A stretch of DNA of 64,000 nucleotides from Candidatus Aldehydirespiratoraceae bacterium (GCA_965249055.1 CBDFKX010000002.1:2957800-3021799); one strand, 5' to 3'. Counted from the stretch's first letter, positions 8,404-18,532 are shown. Numbers and translations: made by a program. Notes: a model not told the origin generated them from the letters alone.

Positions 8404-10818
8404 TCAGCTACGGAGCGGCACGCCGTGGCGTTTGGCCACCGCATCGATGCACTCTTGACGGACATCAGCCACCTCGGCATCAGTCAAGGTGCGATCGTGA
8501 GCCTGGAGCCGCAGACGATACGCCAGACTCCGCGTACCGGTGGGCAAACCCTCGCCCCGGTACACGTCGAACAACTCGATGTCGGTCAGCAACGTTTGCC
8601 CCGCTTTGCGTAGCGAACTCTCAACCGCCGCGGCAGCCACCTCATCTGGGACTTCGAACGCAAGATCGACATCGCTCGACGGGTACTTCGACACAGGGCT
8701 GTACTTGCGATTGCTGCGAGGGCCACCGAGCAGTTCACCCAAGTCCAATTCGAGCCACGCCACTCTCCCCGCGACGCCGTAGTTGTCGAGCACAACCGGG
8801 TCTACCTCGCCAACCACTCCCCTAGCGCGTCCTGCAACTATCACCTCAGCGGAGCGGGTAGAATGCAAGCCCGGGGGCGAGGCCGAGCGTAAGACAACAT
8901 TCGGCAAGCCCAACTCCCGCTCCAACAAATCAAGCACCGCCACCGCCTGTGGCGCCTCCTCACCAGCCAGCGCAACCGCCAGGTACTCGCGTTCGTCAGG
9001 GAGTAACTGGTCGGGCGGGGGTGGCAAATAAACGTGATCGATTTCGAACAGGCGCACGTCAGCGCTGCGATGAGACTGGTTGTAGGCAATCGCTCTGAGC
9101 TGACCCGGAAGCAGCGAAGTACGCAAGACAGACTGCTCGGCAACCAGAGGGTTGGACAAAGTCACCCCATTGTCGGCGAGGCCCGCTTTCAACAAGTCTC
9201 CCGGCGCTAGGAACGGCATGGGGAAGGTTTCGTCACATCCACATCCGACGAGAACCTGCCTGACCAAACGACGACGAACTTGGTAATCACTGAGACCTCC
9301 GGGTAGTTCTCCCCTGGGTACGGTTCTCACGATGTTCTCGTAACCGTGCAAGCGTGCCACCTCTTCGGCTACGTCAGTTTCGGTTTCGGTGTCCCAGCGC
9401 CAGGTAGGAATCGTGACGGCCAGATCCTCAGTGCCACTATCAGACACAACAACATCGGCGCCAAAACCGATGGAAGACAGATACCCCGCCATCTCGGACG
9501 CACTCAGGTCAGTGCCGAGTAACCCGTTGATCTTGGCGCTGCGAACGTTGAGCGGTGTTCGATCAGGGGTGTTCCCCGACACGTCGACATATCCGGATAC
9601 CGCGGTTGCTCCGAGTTCCGAAGCGAGTTGGATGAAGCGCTGCATTGAGCGATCAACATTCTCGCCCCAATCGGTGCCCCGTCGGAACCTACTCGAAGCC
9701 TCGCTCACAAGATTGAGCCGTTTGACAGTGCGCGAGATCGTCGGCGGATCCCACCACGCCATCTCCAAGAGCACATCAGTCGTCTGCTCAGAGATCTCGG
9801 TGGTAGCGCCACCCATGACTCCAGCCAAGCTGACGATCTCGTCGGACTCGTTGGTGATCACCCCGTCGTTGGCTATGAGCTCACGCTCCAGACCATCGAG
9901 TGTGGTCAACGTCTCACCGGGTACCGCCCGGCGCACCCGCAGGTGGCCATTGGGAATCGTGGCCAGGTCGAAAGTGTGGTTGGGTTGACCCAACTCGAGC
10001 ATCACGTAGTTGGAGATATCAACAATCGAGTTGAGCGGCCGCATTCCCGCCAATATGAGCCGGTCAGCGAGCCACTGTGGCGAAGTCTGTACGGTGATCC
10101 CACGCAACACAGTCGCAACGAACCGGCCGCACAGTGTCGGGTCGAGGATCTCAACGGTCAACAGCTCGTCAACACTGTCTCTATTAGCAGAGCCGCCACT
10201 CGAGTAGTGGTCAGCAGCAACGCTGTAATCAGGGAACGAGAAGTCGACCCCCAAAGCGGCGGCTAGATCGCGAGCCACTCCCGCTACCGACATGGCGTCG
10301 GGACGGTTGGCATTCACCTCAAGGTCCCACAACACATCGGGTACCAGACCAATAGCAGCCGCCACACCCATCCCGAGCTCCGCTTCGGGAACCACCCGGT
10401 CATTGAGCACAAGGATTCCCTCGTGGTCATCGCTGAGACCTAGTTCAGCACCAGAACAACACATGCCTGCCGACACTTCGCCGCGCATCTTTCGCTGTTG
10501 AATCTCCAAGCCGTTGGCCATGACGGTCCCCGGTGTGGCGAACGGGATCAGATCACCGACGGCCATGTTGAAGGCCCCGCAACACACCTGCCGCGCCTCT
10601 CCGTCGCCGGCATCCACATCGACGAGTTGGATTTTGTCGGCTGCAGGATGGGGCCTGAGATCGAGCACCTTCGCCAGTACCACCCCATCGACGATGTCAC
10701 CGATGAAAGTCATCTCTTCCACAGTCAGACCGAGCGCGCTCAGGGTCTCGCTCAAGTCGACCGGATCACCATCGATATCAGGCGCGAACTCACGAAGCCA
10801 CGACAATGTCACCTTCAT
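8404..10818 (-). CDS. pheT: phenylalanine--tRNA ligase beta subunit
   Basis: I place the start at the internal MKVTLSWLREFAP (ATG 10816-10818), which overlaps the pheS stop. The 62 codons upstream in the track ORF lie inside pheS. Confidence 0.9.
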   Translation of the reverse strand: MKVTLSWLREFAPDIDGDPVDLSETLSALGLTVEEMTFIGDIVDGVVLAKVLDLRPHPAADKIQLVDVDAGDGEARQVCCGAFNMAVGDLIPFATPGTVMANGLEIQQRKMRGEVSAGMCCSGAELGLSDDHEGILVLNDRVVPEAELGMGVAAAIGLVPDVLWDLEVNANRPDAMSVAGVARDLAAALGVDFSFPDYSVAADHYSSGGSANRDSVDELLTVEILDPTLCGRFVATVLRGITVQTSPQWLADRLILAGMRPLNSIVDISNYVMLELGQPNHTFDLATIPNGHLRVRRAVPGETLTTLDGLERELIANDGVITNESDEIVSLAGVMGGATTEISEQTTDVLLEMAWWDPPTISRTVKRLNLVSEASSRFRRGTDWGENVDRSMQRFIQLASELGATAVSGYVDVSGNTPDRTPLNVRSAKINGLLGTDLSASEMAGYLSSIGFGADVVVSDSGTEDLAVTIPTWRWDTETETDVAEEVARLHGYENIVRTVPRGELPGGLSDYQVRRRLVRQVLVGCGCDETFPMPFLAPGDLLKAGLADNGVTLSNPLVAEQSVLRTSLLPGQLRAIAYNQSHRSADVRLFEIDHVYLPPPPDQLLPDEREYLAVALAGEEAPQAVAVLDLLERELGLPNVVLRSASPPGLHSTRSAEVIVAGRARGVVGEVDPVVLDNYGVAGRVAWLELDLGELLGGPRSNRKYSPVSKYPSSDVDLAFEVPDEVAAAAVESSLRKAGQTLLTDIELFDVYRGEGLPTGTRSLAYRLRLQAHDRTLTDAEVADVRQECIDAVAKRHGVPLRS

Positions 10819-11819
10819 CAGAACTGCCTCAGAAACCGAACATCGTTGTTGACCAGTTCGCGAATGTCGTCGAGTTCGTGGCGCATGACCGCCAGACGAT
10901 CGATGCCAAAACCGAATGCGAAGCCTTGCCATTCGTCGGGGTCGATGCCGCAGTTGCGCAAAACGTTGGGATGCACCATGCCGCAACCCCCCAATTCCAG
11001 CCACGTTCCATCGGCGCGGGAAATATCGAACTCGGCGCTTGGTTCAGTGAACGGAAAATATGAAGGGCGTAGCCGGCTCTTCACGTCGCCACCAAAAAAG
11101 GTGTGTACGAACTCGTCGATAGTCCCCGCGAGGTCACCCATGGTTATCCCCCTATCAACTACCAGACCCTCAATTTGGTTGAAGGCGGGGAGGTGGGTCG
11201 CGTCGGCAGTGTCGGTTCTGAAGGTCCTGCCCGGCGCGACGATATAGATAGGTGGCTTTTGATTCTCCATCGTGCGGATCTGAACCGGCGAGGTGTGCGA
11301 GCGCAGCATTACCTCTTCGGGCTCACCTAAATCCACGAAGATCGTGTCGAAACTGCCTCGAGCCGGATGCCATTCAGGAATGTTGAGAGCCTCGAAGTTG
11401 TACCAAGCCGATTCAACTTCGGGGCCTTCGGCAACCGTGAAACCCATGCCTACGAAGACATCTTCGAGTCTGTCGCGGGACTGGGTGACAAGATGAAGCG
11501 AGCCGCGCCGTGCCTTTTGGCGGAATTCCGTGAGATCGAGCCGTTCAGCCTCAAGTTGGCGAGTTCGAGCGGCCTGGGCTAGGCGCTCACGGGCAGAAGC
11601 AACCGCCGCTTCAATCTCAGTTCGGATCTCGTTGACGGCTTGTCCGGTGGTTCTGCGTTGCTCTGGGGCTAGCGATCCGAGTTGCCGTTTGGCCAAAGTC
11701 ACTGCCGATTTCTTCCCCAAGAACTCAACATCAAGCTCTGCTAACGCGTCGAGGTCTTCGACTTCGGCCAGTCGAGCCTCCGCTTCAATAGCGGTCTGGC
11801 GGAGCGTCTCTATCATCAA
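10818..11819 (-). CDS. pheS: phenylalanine--tRNA ligase alpha subunit
   Basis: 333 aa with class-II motifs (FRTDTADATHLPAFNQIEG, GCGMVHPNVL). Confidence 0.9.
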   Translation of the reverse strand: MMIETLRQTAIEAEARLAEVEDLDALAELDVEFLGKKSAVTLAKRQLGSLAPEQRRTTGQAVNEIRTEIEAAVASARERLAQAARTRQLEAERLDLTEFRQKARRGSLHLVTQSRDRLEDVFVGMGFTVAEGPEVESAWYNFEALNIPEWHPARGSFDTIFVDLGEPEEVMLRSHTSPVQIRTMENQKPPIYIVAPGRTFRTDTADATHLPAFNQIEGLVVDRGITMGDLAGTIDEFVHTFFGGDVKSRLRPSYFPFTEPSAEFDISRADGTWLELGGCGMVHPNVLRNCGIDPDEWQGFAFGFGIDRLAVMRHELDDIRELVNNDVRFLRQF

Positions 11820-11879
11820 ACGAACAGGTTACGAGGTCCACCCGCGCGTTGGCTCCAAATATCTGGGAGACTTTGTGGC

Positions 11880-12152
11880 GTGGTTCGAGACAATTCAGCA
11901 CGCCAGCGCTACGAATTGATCGTCGACGGCCGCATTGTGTCGATCGCTGACTACCAACTCGACGGCACCACCGTGGTGGTCCCCCATGTCGAAACAGATC
12001 CGTCGATGCGAGGTAAGGGTTTGGCCGACCAGCTAATGCGAGGCATGCTTGATGACTTGCGGGCGAACAACAAAACCATCCTGCCGCTGTGTGGATTCGC
12101 CGCCGCTTTCATCCGTGATCACCCCGAAGACGCAGACCTGCTGGCCTCGTAG
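11880..12152 (+). CDS. small GNAT-like N-acetyltransferase domain protein
   Basis: 90 aa, QRYELIVDG...VPHVETDPSMRGKGLADQLM...ILPLCGF, the short GNAT (YjdJ-like) pattern. Its 3' end overlaps the convergent TrmH gene by 34 nt. Confidence 0.55.
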   Translation: MVRDNSARQRYELIVDGRIVSIADYQLDGTTVVVPHVETDPSMRGKGLADQLMRGMLDDLRANNKTILPLCGFAAAFIRDHPEDADLLAS

Positions 12153-12934
12153 GCCAGCAGAGTTCCGGCCATTCCGACGTTGAGCGATTCTGTGTTGCCA
12201 ACCATGTCGATCCGGACCCAATCATCAACAAGAGAATCAATGGAACGGTCAAGACCGTGGGACTCGGAACCGAGCACAATCGCCAGTGGACCGTTGAGCA
12301 CACCACTGTCGTGAGGAACCCCCTCACGCACGTCGGTCGCCACTATTTTGGCTCCGGCTGCGCGCAACTGGCGCAAACTTGTTTGTGCATCAACTCCGCT
12401 CACGACCGGCACTCGCAACACCGAACCGGCCGAGGAGCGAACAGCCTTAGGACGCCACGGGTCTGCACCACCGGCGGCTACGACAACACAGGCCGCACCG
12501 GTCGCATCGGCAACCCGGATGAGCGTGCCGACATTGCCCGGATCAGCAACCCCAAGCAGCACCAAGGCGAAGTCACTGACGTCGAAACTGGTTGGGATCG
12601 AGGCTTGTGGACGTGGAGCCAAAGCCAACATCGGTTGGGGTGTCACCGATGGCGCCAAACGCTCAAACACTCTGTCTCTGACCACCAAAGTCTCAACGGT
12701 GTCGTCAAAGCGCGCCCCAAGCGTTGAACTCCGAAGCGATGAGCCAGTGAGACTGTTTGCTGTGCTCTCCGGGACAATGACCGTGATCAGCTGCAGTCCG
12801 GCATCAAGCGCCTCGCCGACGGTCCGCTCCCCCTCTAGCACGATCTCCGCTGAATTCGCGCCGACTCGGTCAATCAGTCGCCGTAACTCGACGACTCGAC
12901 GACTATTGGGGCCCTTGACGGCGACTCGGTCCAT
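12119..12934 (-). CDS. TrmH/SpoU family RNA 2'-O-methyltransferase
   Basis: 271 aa with SpoU motifs LVLLGVADPGNVGTLIR, IVLGSESHGL and ESLNVGMAGTLLAYE. Confidence 0.8.
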   Translation of the reverse strand: MDRVAVKGPNSRRVVELRRLIDRVGANSAEIVLEGERTVGEALDAGLQLITVIVPESTANSLTGSSLRSSTLGARFDDTVETLVVRDRVFERLAPSVTPQPMLALAPRPQASIPTSFDVSDFALVLLGVADPGNVGTLIRVADATGAACVVVAAGGADPWRPKAVRSSAGSVLRVPVVSGVDAQTSLRQLRAAGAKIVATDVREGVPHDSGVLNGPLAIVLGSESHGLDRSIDSLVDDWVRIDMVGNTESLNVGMAGTLLAYEASRSASSG

Positions 12935-12969
12935 TAAAGCGGGCGCAACTCAGCCGATCCGAACAACAC

Positions 12970-13332
12970 TCAGGCGTCGGCTAGTGCCCCGTTGGCTGTC
13001 TCGACCAGAATCGTGAACGTAGCAGGATCGTGAATCGCGGTTTCGGACAACATCTTGCGGTCAACCTCTATCTCCGCCGCCTTCAAACCCGCAATAAAGC
13101 GGCTATAGGAGGTGCCATTTTCGCGACACGCCGCGTTTATTCGCTGAATCCACAGCTTGCGGAACTGACCTTTGCGAGCCCGCCTGTCACGGAACGCATA
13201 GTTGCCGGCGTGCATAACGGACTCGTTCGCTGATTTGAAACTGCGAGAACGATTGCCGTAGTGCCCCTTGGCCCGCTCAAGGACGACCCGGCGATGTTTC
13301 TTGGAATGTACGGCGCGTTTAGCTCTTGCCAT
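12970..13332 (-). CDS. rplT: 50S ribosomal protein L20
   Basis: MARAKRAVHSKKHRRVVLERAKGHYG...FRKLWIQRINAA. Confidence 0.95.
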   Translation of the reverse strand: MARAKRAVHSKKHRRVVLERAKGHYGNRSRSFKSANESVMHAGNYAFRDRRARKGQFRKLWIQRINAACRENGTSYSRFIAGLKAAEIEVDRKMLSETAIHDPATFTILVETANGALADA

Positions 13333-13376
13333 CGTTAACTCCCTTTCTTAGTGGATGCGGCTTCAGTAGATGCGGT

Positions 13377-13568
13377 TCAGATGCCGAGGTCGCGGATGCG
13401 CGGCTCGTCAGCCGGGGACACCGAAGCCGGTCTGCGAAGCTGGCGTTTGCGCTTCGGAGACTTCTTTTCGAGGATGTGGTTCTTGTTTTGACTGCGCCGC
13501 CTCAGCTTGCCTGAGCCGGTACGTTTGAAGCGGGCCTGCGCGCCCTTGTGCGTCTTCATCTTGGGCAT
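13377..13568 (-). CDS. rpmI: 50S ribosomal protein L35
   Basis: [25 protein letters not shown]... Confidence 0.95.
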   Translation of the reverse strand: MPKMKTHKGAQARFKRTGSGKLRRRSQNKNHILEKKSPKRKRQLRRPASVSPADEPRIRDLGI

Positions 13569-13625
13569 ATCGATTCTCGGTTCTCTTGATTTGGAGGATC
13601 TCTGAGCGGCGTTACCGCAAAAAGG

Positions 13626-14240
13626 TCACTCGGCTGTGGTTTGCTGAGCGGTTTCTGACTCGGCTCCGACGACCGTAGCTTCCGCTTCTTTGCGCATTTG
13701 TTTTTCGTGACGAGCTTGCGCTCGCTTGTCTGGGGCCAACACCATCACCATGTTGCGACCATCTTGGCGGGGATGAAACTCAACCTTGCCGACATGGGCC
13801 ACGGTCTCAGACACCCGATCTAGGATCTGGCGGCCAAGCTCGGGGTGTTGCATCTCGCGACCTCGGAACATGATCGTGACTTTGACCTTGTGGCCTCCGC
13901 CGAGAAACTCAACCACCTTGCGGGTCTTGGTGTCGAAGTCACCGGGCCCGATTTTGGGACGGTACTTCATCTCCTTGACCGTGAGGTTCGAAGACTTCTT
14001 TTTGGATTCTTTAGCCCGCTGTTCGGCCTCGTATCGCCACTTGCCGTAATCCATGATCCGACAGACCGGTGGATTGGCTTGCTCAGCCACCTCAACTAGG
14101 TCGAGATCTGCAGCTTGAGCGATGTTGCGCGCTTCGGATAATGAAGTGATGCCAATCTGCTCGCCGTCCTGCCCGACAAGTCGGACTTCTCGGGCGCGGA
14201 TCCGTTCGTTGATCCGTGGCTCGTTGTTTGGCGGTGCTAT
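13626..14240 (-). CDS. infC: translation initiation factor IF-3 (probable non-AUG ATA start)
   Basis: IAPPNNEPRINERIRAREVRLVGQDGEQIG... is the conserved IF-3 N-terminus. The ATA codon at 14238-14240 sits 9 nt downstream of an AGGAG. The track ORF start (14312) adds 24 unconserved residues. Confidence 0.8.
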   Translation of the reverse strand: MAPPNNEPRINERIRAREVRLVGQDGEQIGITSLSEARNIAQAADLDLVEVAEQANPPVCRIMDYGKWRYEAEQRAKESKKKSSNLTVKEMKYRPKIGPGDFDTKTRKVVEFLGGGHKVKVTIMFRGREMQHPELGRQILDRVSETVAHVGKVEFHPRQDGRNMVMVLAPDKRAQARHEKQMRKEAEATVVGAESETAQQTTAE

Positions 14241-14448
14241 TGCCCTGAACTCCTGGTGAGCACGAAACCTCCGTCGTGTAGTGGATACCGGAATGTCGAC
14301 ATCCACGATCACACTCAGCTAGAGCGTTACCGATTCGTCGACCTGGACGCACTGTGACCGCCGAAGATGGCGACTTGTGGCCAGGTGGGAGGCTTCTCGA
14401 GAGATTCCCCCACTTCGGTGTTCGAATTGTCAGCGATAGCGTATCAGC

Positions 14449-14913
14449 ATGAGTTCTTTGTGGACACCCGCCGGGGAACACCCCGTAGATCGCCCCTCAA
14501 TATCGGATCTAGGCGACACCGCCGGACCGGCACACGATGACAGCCTTGACGATGAGATCGCGGCCGCGTTGCCGGAGGGAATGAGTCTCAACGACCTGAG
14601 TCCCGAGGAGCGGGCAAGAGCCGAAGAAATGGTCAAAGAAATGGCCATCGCACGCGAACGGCTTGTTAGCACGCCTGCCGCCAACATCGTGGCCAACCAT
14701 GCAATGGGTCTGTACGAACTAGCGGCACTACATCTCTCCGCGCAGACGCCCGACTTCGCTGAGGCCACCGTCGCCATTGACGCCCTGAGCGCCATCGTCA
14801 ACGGGCTGGCGGGCCGGCTCGGGGAGGACGAACCTGCCGTGTCGCATGCTCTCGACCAGATCCGTCTGGCTTTCGTGCAGATCAAGGGCCAGGCTGACGC
14901 CAGTGGTGGCTGA
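14449..14913 (+). CDS. DUF1844 domain-containing protein
   Basis: 154 aa, acidic N-terminus then ANIVANHAMGLYELAALHL...ATVAIDAL, as I recall for DUF1844 proteins near infC in actinobacteria. Confidence 0.55.
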   Translation: MSSLWTPAGEHPVDRPSISDLGDTAGPAHDDSLDDEIAAALPEGMSLNDLSPEERARAEEMVKEMAIARERLVSTPAANIVANHAMGLYELAALHLSAQTPDFAEATVAIDALSAIVNGLAGRLGEDEPAVSHALDQIRLAFVQIKGQADASGG

Positions 14914-14926
14914 GATTTGTTCGGCT

Positions 14927-15832
14927 TCACGCAACGATCTTGGCGATCGGCAGTTCAACGATGTCGCTGGCCCCATGATCGCGTAGTGCTGGAATCAAGA
15001 TGTTGATCTCAGACTTGGACACAACGGTCTCAACCGCATATCCAGCGCCTCGAAACAGTTCGTTGACCGTAGGGGCCTTCATAGAGGGCAGAAGCTCAAT
15101 CACTTCATCAAGGCGCTCTGTCGGCACGTTCATCTTCACCAGTACTTTGCCCCGCGCCTCGAGCACACCCTGCAGCAGTGTGTTGATCTGACGCATAGCG
15201 TGCGCTTTTTCCGGGTCAGCGAACGACATCGGATTAGCAATCAGTTCGGTATAGGACGTGCACAGCGTGTCGATGATGCGCAACCCTGCGGCGCGTAACG
15301 CCCGTCCCGTCTCGGTGATGTCGACAACCAGATCAACAATGTCGGGGGCCTTCGCTTCGGTGGCTCCGTAACTGAGACGCACATCGGCCTCAACGCCGGC
15401 GTTCTTGAAATACCGTCGGGTAATTTCGAGATACTCCGTCGACACTCTCACGCCATCGGGAAGATCTGAGACCGAATGCCAGGGTGAATCCTCTGGAACA
15501 GCCAACACAATCTGTATCGGACGCGAAGTCGCTTTGGAGTACTTGAGTTCTCCAAGGCTTTCTACGTTGCTACTGGTCTCTTCAATCCAGTCTCGTCCGG
15601 TAATGCCGAGATCGAACAATCCGTCTGCCACGTAACCCGGAATCTCTTGTGGGCGCAGAATCCGAACCGACTCGATGCGCGGGTCAGCAATCGACGCTTT
15701 GTAGGCGACAGACGACGAACGCTCCACGCTTAGATCGGCGGCCTCGAAGAGCTCCAGCGTCGCCTTCTCCAGCGATCCTTTGGGAAGAACCAGCTTCAAC
15801 ACCGCGATGAGGCTAGCGGCGCACCGGTTCAA
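14927..15832 (-). CDS. hisG: ATP phosphoribosyltransferase (long form)
   Basis: LKLVLPKGSLEKATLELFEAADL..., about 290 aa. The track start is a TTG overlapping the ribD stop. A GTG at 15802 (giving MLKLVLPKGSL) is an equally good start. Confidence 0.85.
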   Translation of the reverse strand: MNRCAASLIAVLKLVLPKGSLEKATLELFEAADLSVERSSSVAYKASIADPRIESVRILRPQEIPGYVADGLFDLGITGRDWIEETSSNVESLGELKYSKATSRPIQIVLAVPEDSPWHSVSDLPDGVRVSTEYLEITRRYFKNAGVEADVRLSYGATEAKAPDIVDLVVDITETGRALRAAGLRIIDTLCTSYTELIANPMSFADPEKAHAMRQINTLLQGVLEARGKVLVKMNVPTERLDEVIELLPSMKAPTVNELFRGAGYAVETVVSKSEINILIPALRDHGASDIVELPIAKIVA

Positions 15833-16857
15833 CTAGCGGTGAATTTCACTACATCTATGCGTACATCGTCGCCCAGTTCTCGGACTTGCTCTATTTTTCC
15901 GCGCCAGATTTCGCTGATGGTCACCGCACCGGGACCGCTGAACAGCGGAGCGCCGTCATCTCCGCCCATAAAGGCCGGTGCCAGATAGAGAACATATTGG
16001 TCTACCAATCTTGCGCTGTGGAAGGAGTGGGCCACGGTCGGACCACCTTCGACCAGCAATTGCACGACTCCGGAGTCGCCGAGATGTTCGAGTAGTTCGT
16101 CAAGCTCCCGGTCCCATTCGAGACAGGGGTTTACCTTGGCGGCGGCCTGCACCGAACCGAGAACGACTCGGCGAGGATCGCTGACCTCTTTGGGGTCGAC
16201 TGTTTGTTCATGGCCGGGCCAGTGGCGCACGGTAAGTGACGGGTCGTCGGCACGTACGGTGCCCGCACCCACAACAATGGCGTCTGAAATTGCTCTCAGC
16301 CGGTGAACGTCGAGCCGTGCCTGCGTTCCGGTGATCCACTGTGAGGTTGCGTCAGGTGCGGCTACACGACCGTCGAGCGTTGCTGCGAGCTTGAGCACCA
16401 CCCAGGGTCGGCCAGTGCGACGATGGTGAAGGTAGGGACGCAGTTGCTGCTCGACTTCTTCGGCACACACACCCACTGTCACATCAATCTCTGCTTGACG
16501 AAGACGCTCAATCCCACTGCCGGCAACCAACCGGTCCGGGTCTTGGATCGCTGCGACAACCCGTGAGACTCCCGCTCGAATCAGCGCTTCAGTACAAGCG
16601 CCAGTGCGTCCGACGTGATTGCAGGGTTCAAGCGTAGTGTAGAGCGCGGCGCCTTGAGTATTAGTCGCCCCGTTCAAGGCCACTATCTCGGCGTGAGCTC
16701 CTCCATAGACTTGCGTGGAACCCGACACGACGCTGCCATCAGCACCGACCAGCACAGCCCCGACCCACGGGTTCGGCGACGACCGATGCCGAGCATTGCA
16801 AGCCGCCTTGATCGCCAGCCCCATATAGTGCTCGTCTTGGTTCATGCGAGCGACCAA
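15829..16857 (-). CDS. ribD: bifunctional riboflavin-biosynthesis deaminase/reductase
   Basis: Deaminase zinc motifs HAEIVAL and TLEPCNHVGRTGAC, followed by a reductase domain. Confidence 0.9.
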   Translation of the reverse strand: MVARMNQDEHYMGLAIKAACNARHRSSPNPWVGAVLVGADGSVVSGSTQVYGGAHAEIVALNGATNTQGAALYTTLEPCNHVGRTGACTEALIRAGVSRVVAAIQDPDRLVAGSGIERLRQAEIDVTVGVCAEEVEQQLRPYLHHRRTGRPWVVLKLAATLDGRVAAPDATSQWITGTQARLDVHRLRAISDAIVVGAGTVRADDPSLTVRHWPGHEQTVDPKEVSDPRRVVLGSVQAAAKVNPCLEWDRELDELLEHLGDSGVVQLLVEGGPTVAHSFHSARLVDQYVLYLAPAFMGGDDGAPLFSGPGAVTISEIWRGKIEQVRELGDDVRIDVVKFTAS

Positions 16858-17379
16858 CTAGTGGTGAGGGTGGGGGTCGGTGTTGTCGACCAGGAGTCGT
16901 ACCGCATGAGGGAGTACGTCGAGAACGGCGTCGACGGTTTCGACACAGCCCTTCGATGATCCTGGCGTGTTGAGGATCAAGGCCGCGTTGAGTGTCCCTG
17001 CCACGCCGCGGCTCAGGCGCCCCAGGGGATTCACCAATCGCATGGCCTCAGCCAAGCCCGGTGCCTCACGGTCGATGACTGCCCTGGTCCCTTCAGGGGT
17101 GCGGTCGCGTGGACCGAAACCCGTGCCTCCGGTGGTGACGATCAGACCGTGGAAGCCTTCGGCGAGGCGTGTCAAAGTCTCTGCCACCGGATGCTCTCCG
17201 TCTTCGCTCACAATCCGCTCCACGACCGTCCATCCAGCACCGGTCAGGTGGGACTCGAGAGCTTCTCCGGAGCGGTCTTGGCGGGTGCCGTGTACCACGC
17301 CGTCGGAGACGGTAAGAACCTTCGCGTACAAGGGCGCAGCAGCCGAGTCGTGTTCTTCGTGATGGTGGTGGTGAGCCAT
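16858..17379 (-). CDS. MogA/MoaB family molybdenum cofactor biosynthesis protein with His-rich termini
   Basis: Start at MAHHHHHEEHDSAAAPLYAKVLTVSDG (ATG 17377-17379). MoCF_biosynth blocks LIVTTGGTGFGPRDRTPE and LNTPGSSKG. C-terminus DPHPHH. Confidence 0.75.
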   Translation of the reverse strand: MAHHHHHEEHDSAAAPLYAKVLTVSDGVVHGTRQDRSGEALESHLTGAGWTVVERIVSEDGEHPVAETLTRLAEGFHGLIVTTGGTGFGPRDRTPEGTRAVIDREAPGLAEAMRLVNPLGRLSRGVAGTLNAALILNTPGSSKGCVETVDAVLDVLPHAVRLLVDNTDPHPHH

Positions 17380-17407
17380 GGCAACGACGATATACGCACT
17401 GGTTGCG

Positions 17408-18532
17408 CTACGAGCCCGGACGGCGAGTCCAGACCGCAAAGAACATGCCGTCCTGGTCGGTTGTCGGGAGTGAAAGATCGCTTGTTACTTGTTTGAAACC
17501 AAGCGCGCTGAGATCAGTGCCGGTCGCCTCAAGCACCTTGGTGGTTTCGGCCGCAGTGAGAGTGCAGACGCTGTAGACGAGGGTCCCGCCTGGTACGACG
17601 AGGTCCGCAGCGCTCGTCAACAGTTGCTGCTGTAGAGTCGCCAGATTGACAATGTCGCTGGGTTTGATGCGCCAGCGTGCGTCGGGACGACGCCGCAGAG
17701 ATCCCAAACCCGAGCACGGAGCGTCAACCAGAACCGCGTCGAACGTGCGGCTTGGAAACGGAGGCGCAGTGCCATCGGCTACTACGACAGCGACCCCATT
17801 CGGTTCGAGTTGGGGGCGACAGCCCAGCCTTTCGGCGTTTTGAACGATCAGCCCAGCTCTAGCGAGCCGAAGATCTGCGGCAAGCACAGCGGCACCCCGG
17901 CTGGAAATTTCAGTTGATTTCCCGCCTGGAGCAGCACACAGGTCCAACACCAGATCACCCGGCGCGGCCGGTACCAGAGTTGCGACTTGCTGGGAACTTC
18001 GGTCTTGGACGTAGCCGTCTTCACGACGTTGCCGTCGTGCCGGGAGGTTCATCGCCGTTAAGGCATCGGTGGCCTCTCGGCTGCCGAGATCTTCAATCAG
18101 ACGCGCAACCATCCAGTCTGGATAGCTGAGCGCCACCGCTTCGTTTGGATAGTCGATACCCGCCGAATGCGCTGTCGCAACCTTTCGCAAAACGGCGTTG
18201 ACAAGGCCGCGGAACCTCTTGGGTGTCGCCTCTACAGTGGCCGACACCGCAGCGTGGGGCGGGGTACCCAACTCAATTAGCTGATGGGCGCCCAGCCGAA
18301 GCGCGGCACGCGCTGTCGGTGGCGGATCCTGAACCAAGAACCGGTCGACAACATGATCAAGTGCACGTTTGCGTCGAGTGGACCCATAAACCAACTCGGT
18401 CACGAAGCCCTTGTCGCGGGCGTCCAGGTCGACCTCGGCGAGCATCTTTGGCAACAGCACGTTGGCGTAAGCACCGTCAGATTCGATGCGAACTACGGCA
18501 TCGATAGCGATCCGGCGGACATCTGCGGTCAT
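17408..18532 (-). CDS. rsmB: 16S rRNA (cytosine-C5)-methyltransferase, RsmB/Sun family
   Basis: N-terminal NusB-like domain plus SAM motif LDLCAAPGGKS and catalytic VDAPCSGLG and YSVCT blocks. Confidence 0.8.
   Translation of the reverse strand: MTADVRRIAIDAVVRIESDGAYANVLLPKMLAEVDLDARDKGFVTELVYGSTRRKRALDHVVDRFLVQDPPPTARAALRLGAHQLIELGTPPHAAVSATVEATPKRFRGLVNAVLRKVATAHSAGIDYPNEAVALSYPDWMVARLIEDLGSREATDALTAMNLPARRQRREDGYVQDRSSQQVATLVPAAPGDLVLDLCAAPGGKSTEISSRGAAVLAADLRLARAGLIVQNAERLGCRPQLEPNGVAVVVADGTAPPFPSRTFDAVLVDAPCSGLGSLRRRPDARWRIKPSDIVNLATLQQQLLTSAADLVVPGGTLVYSVCTLTAAETTKVLEATGTDLSALGFKQVTSDLSLPTTDQDGMFFAVWTRRPGS

Noticed and set aside
8404-11004. Long form of pheT (866 aa) starting at 11004
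   Set aside because: The extra 62 codons overlap pheS out of frame and are Arg-rich. The conserved PheT N-terminus MKVTLSWLREF starts at 10818, with an ATGA junction to pheS.
12119-12152. 34-nt convergent overlap between the small GNAT gene and the TrmH gene
   Set aside because: It is probably just tight packing or a slightly mis-set 3' end. There is no structure or motif suggesting antisense regulation.
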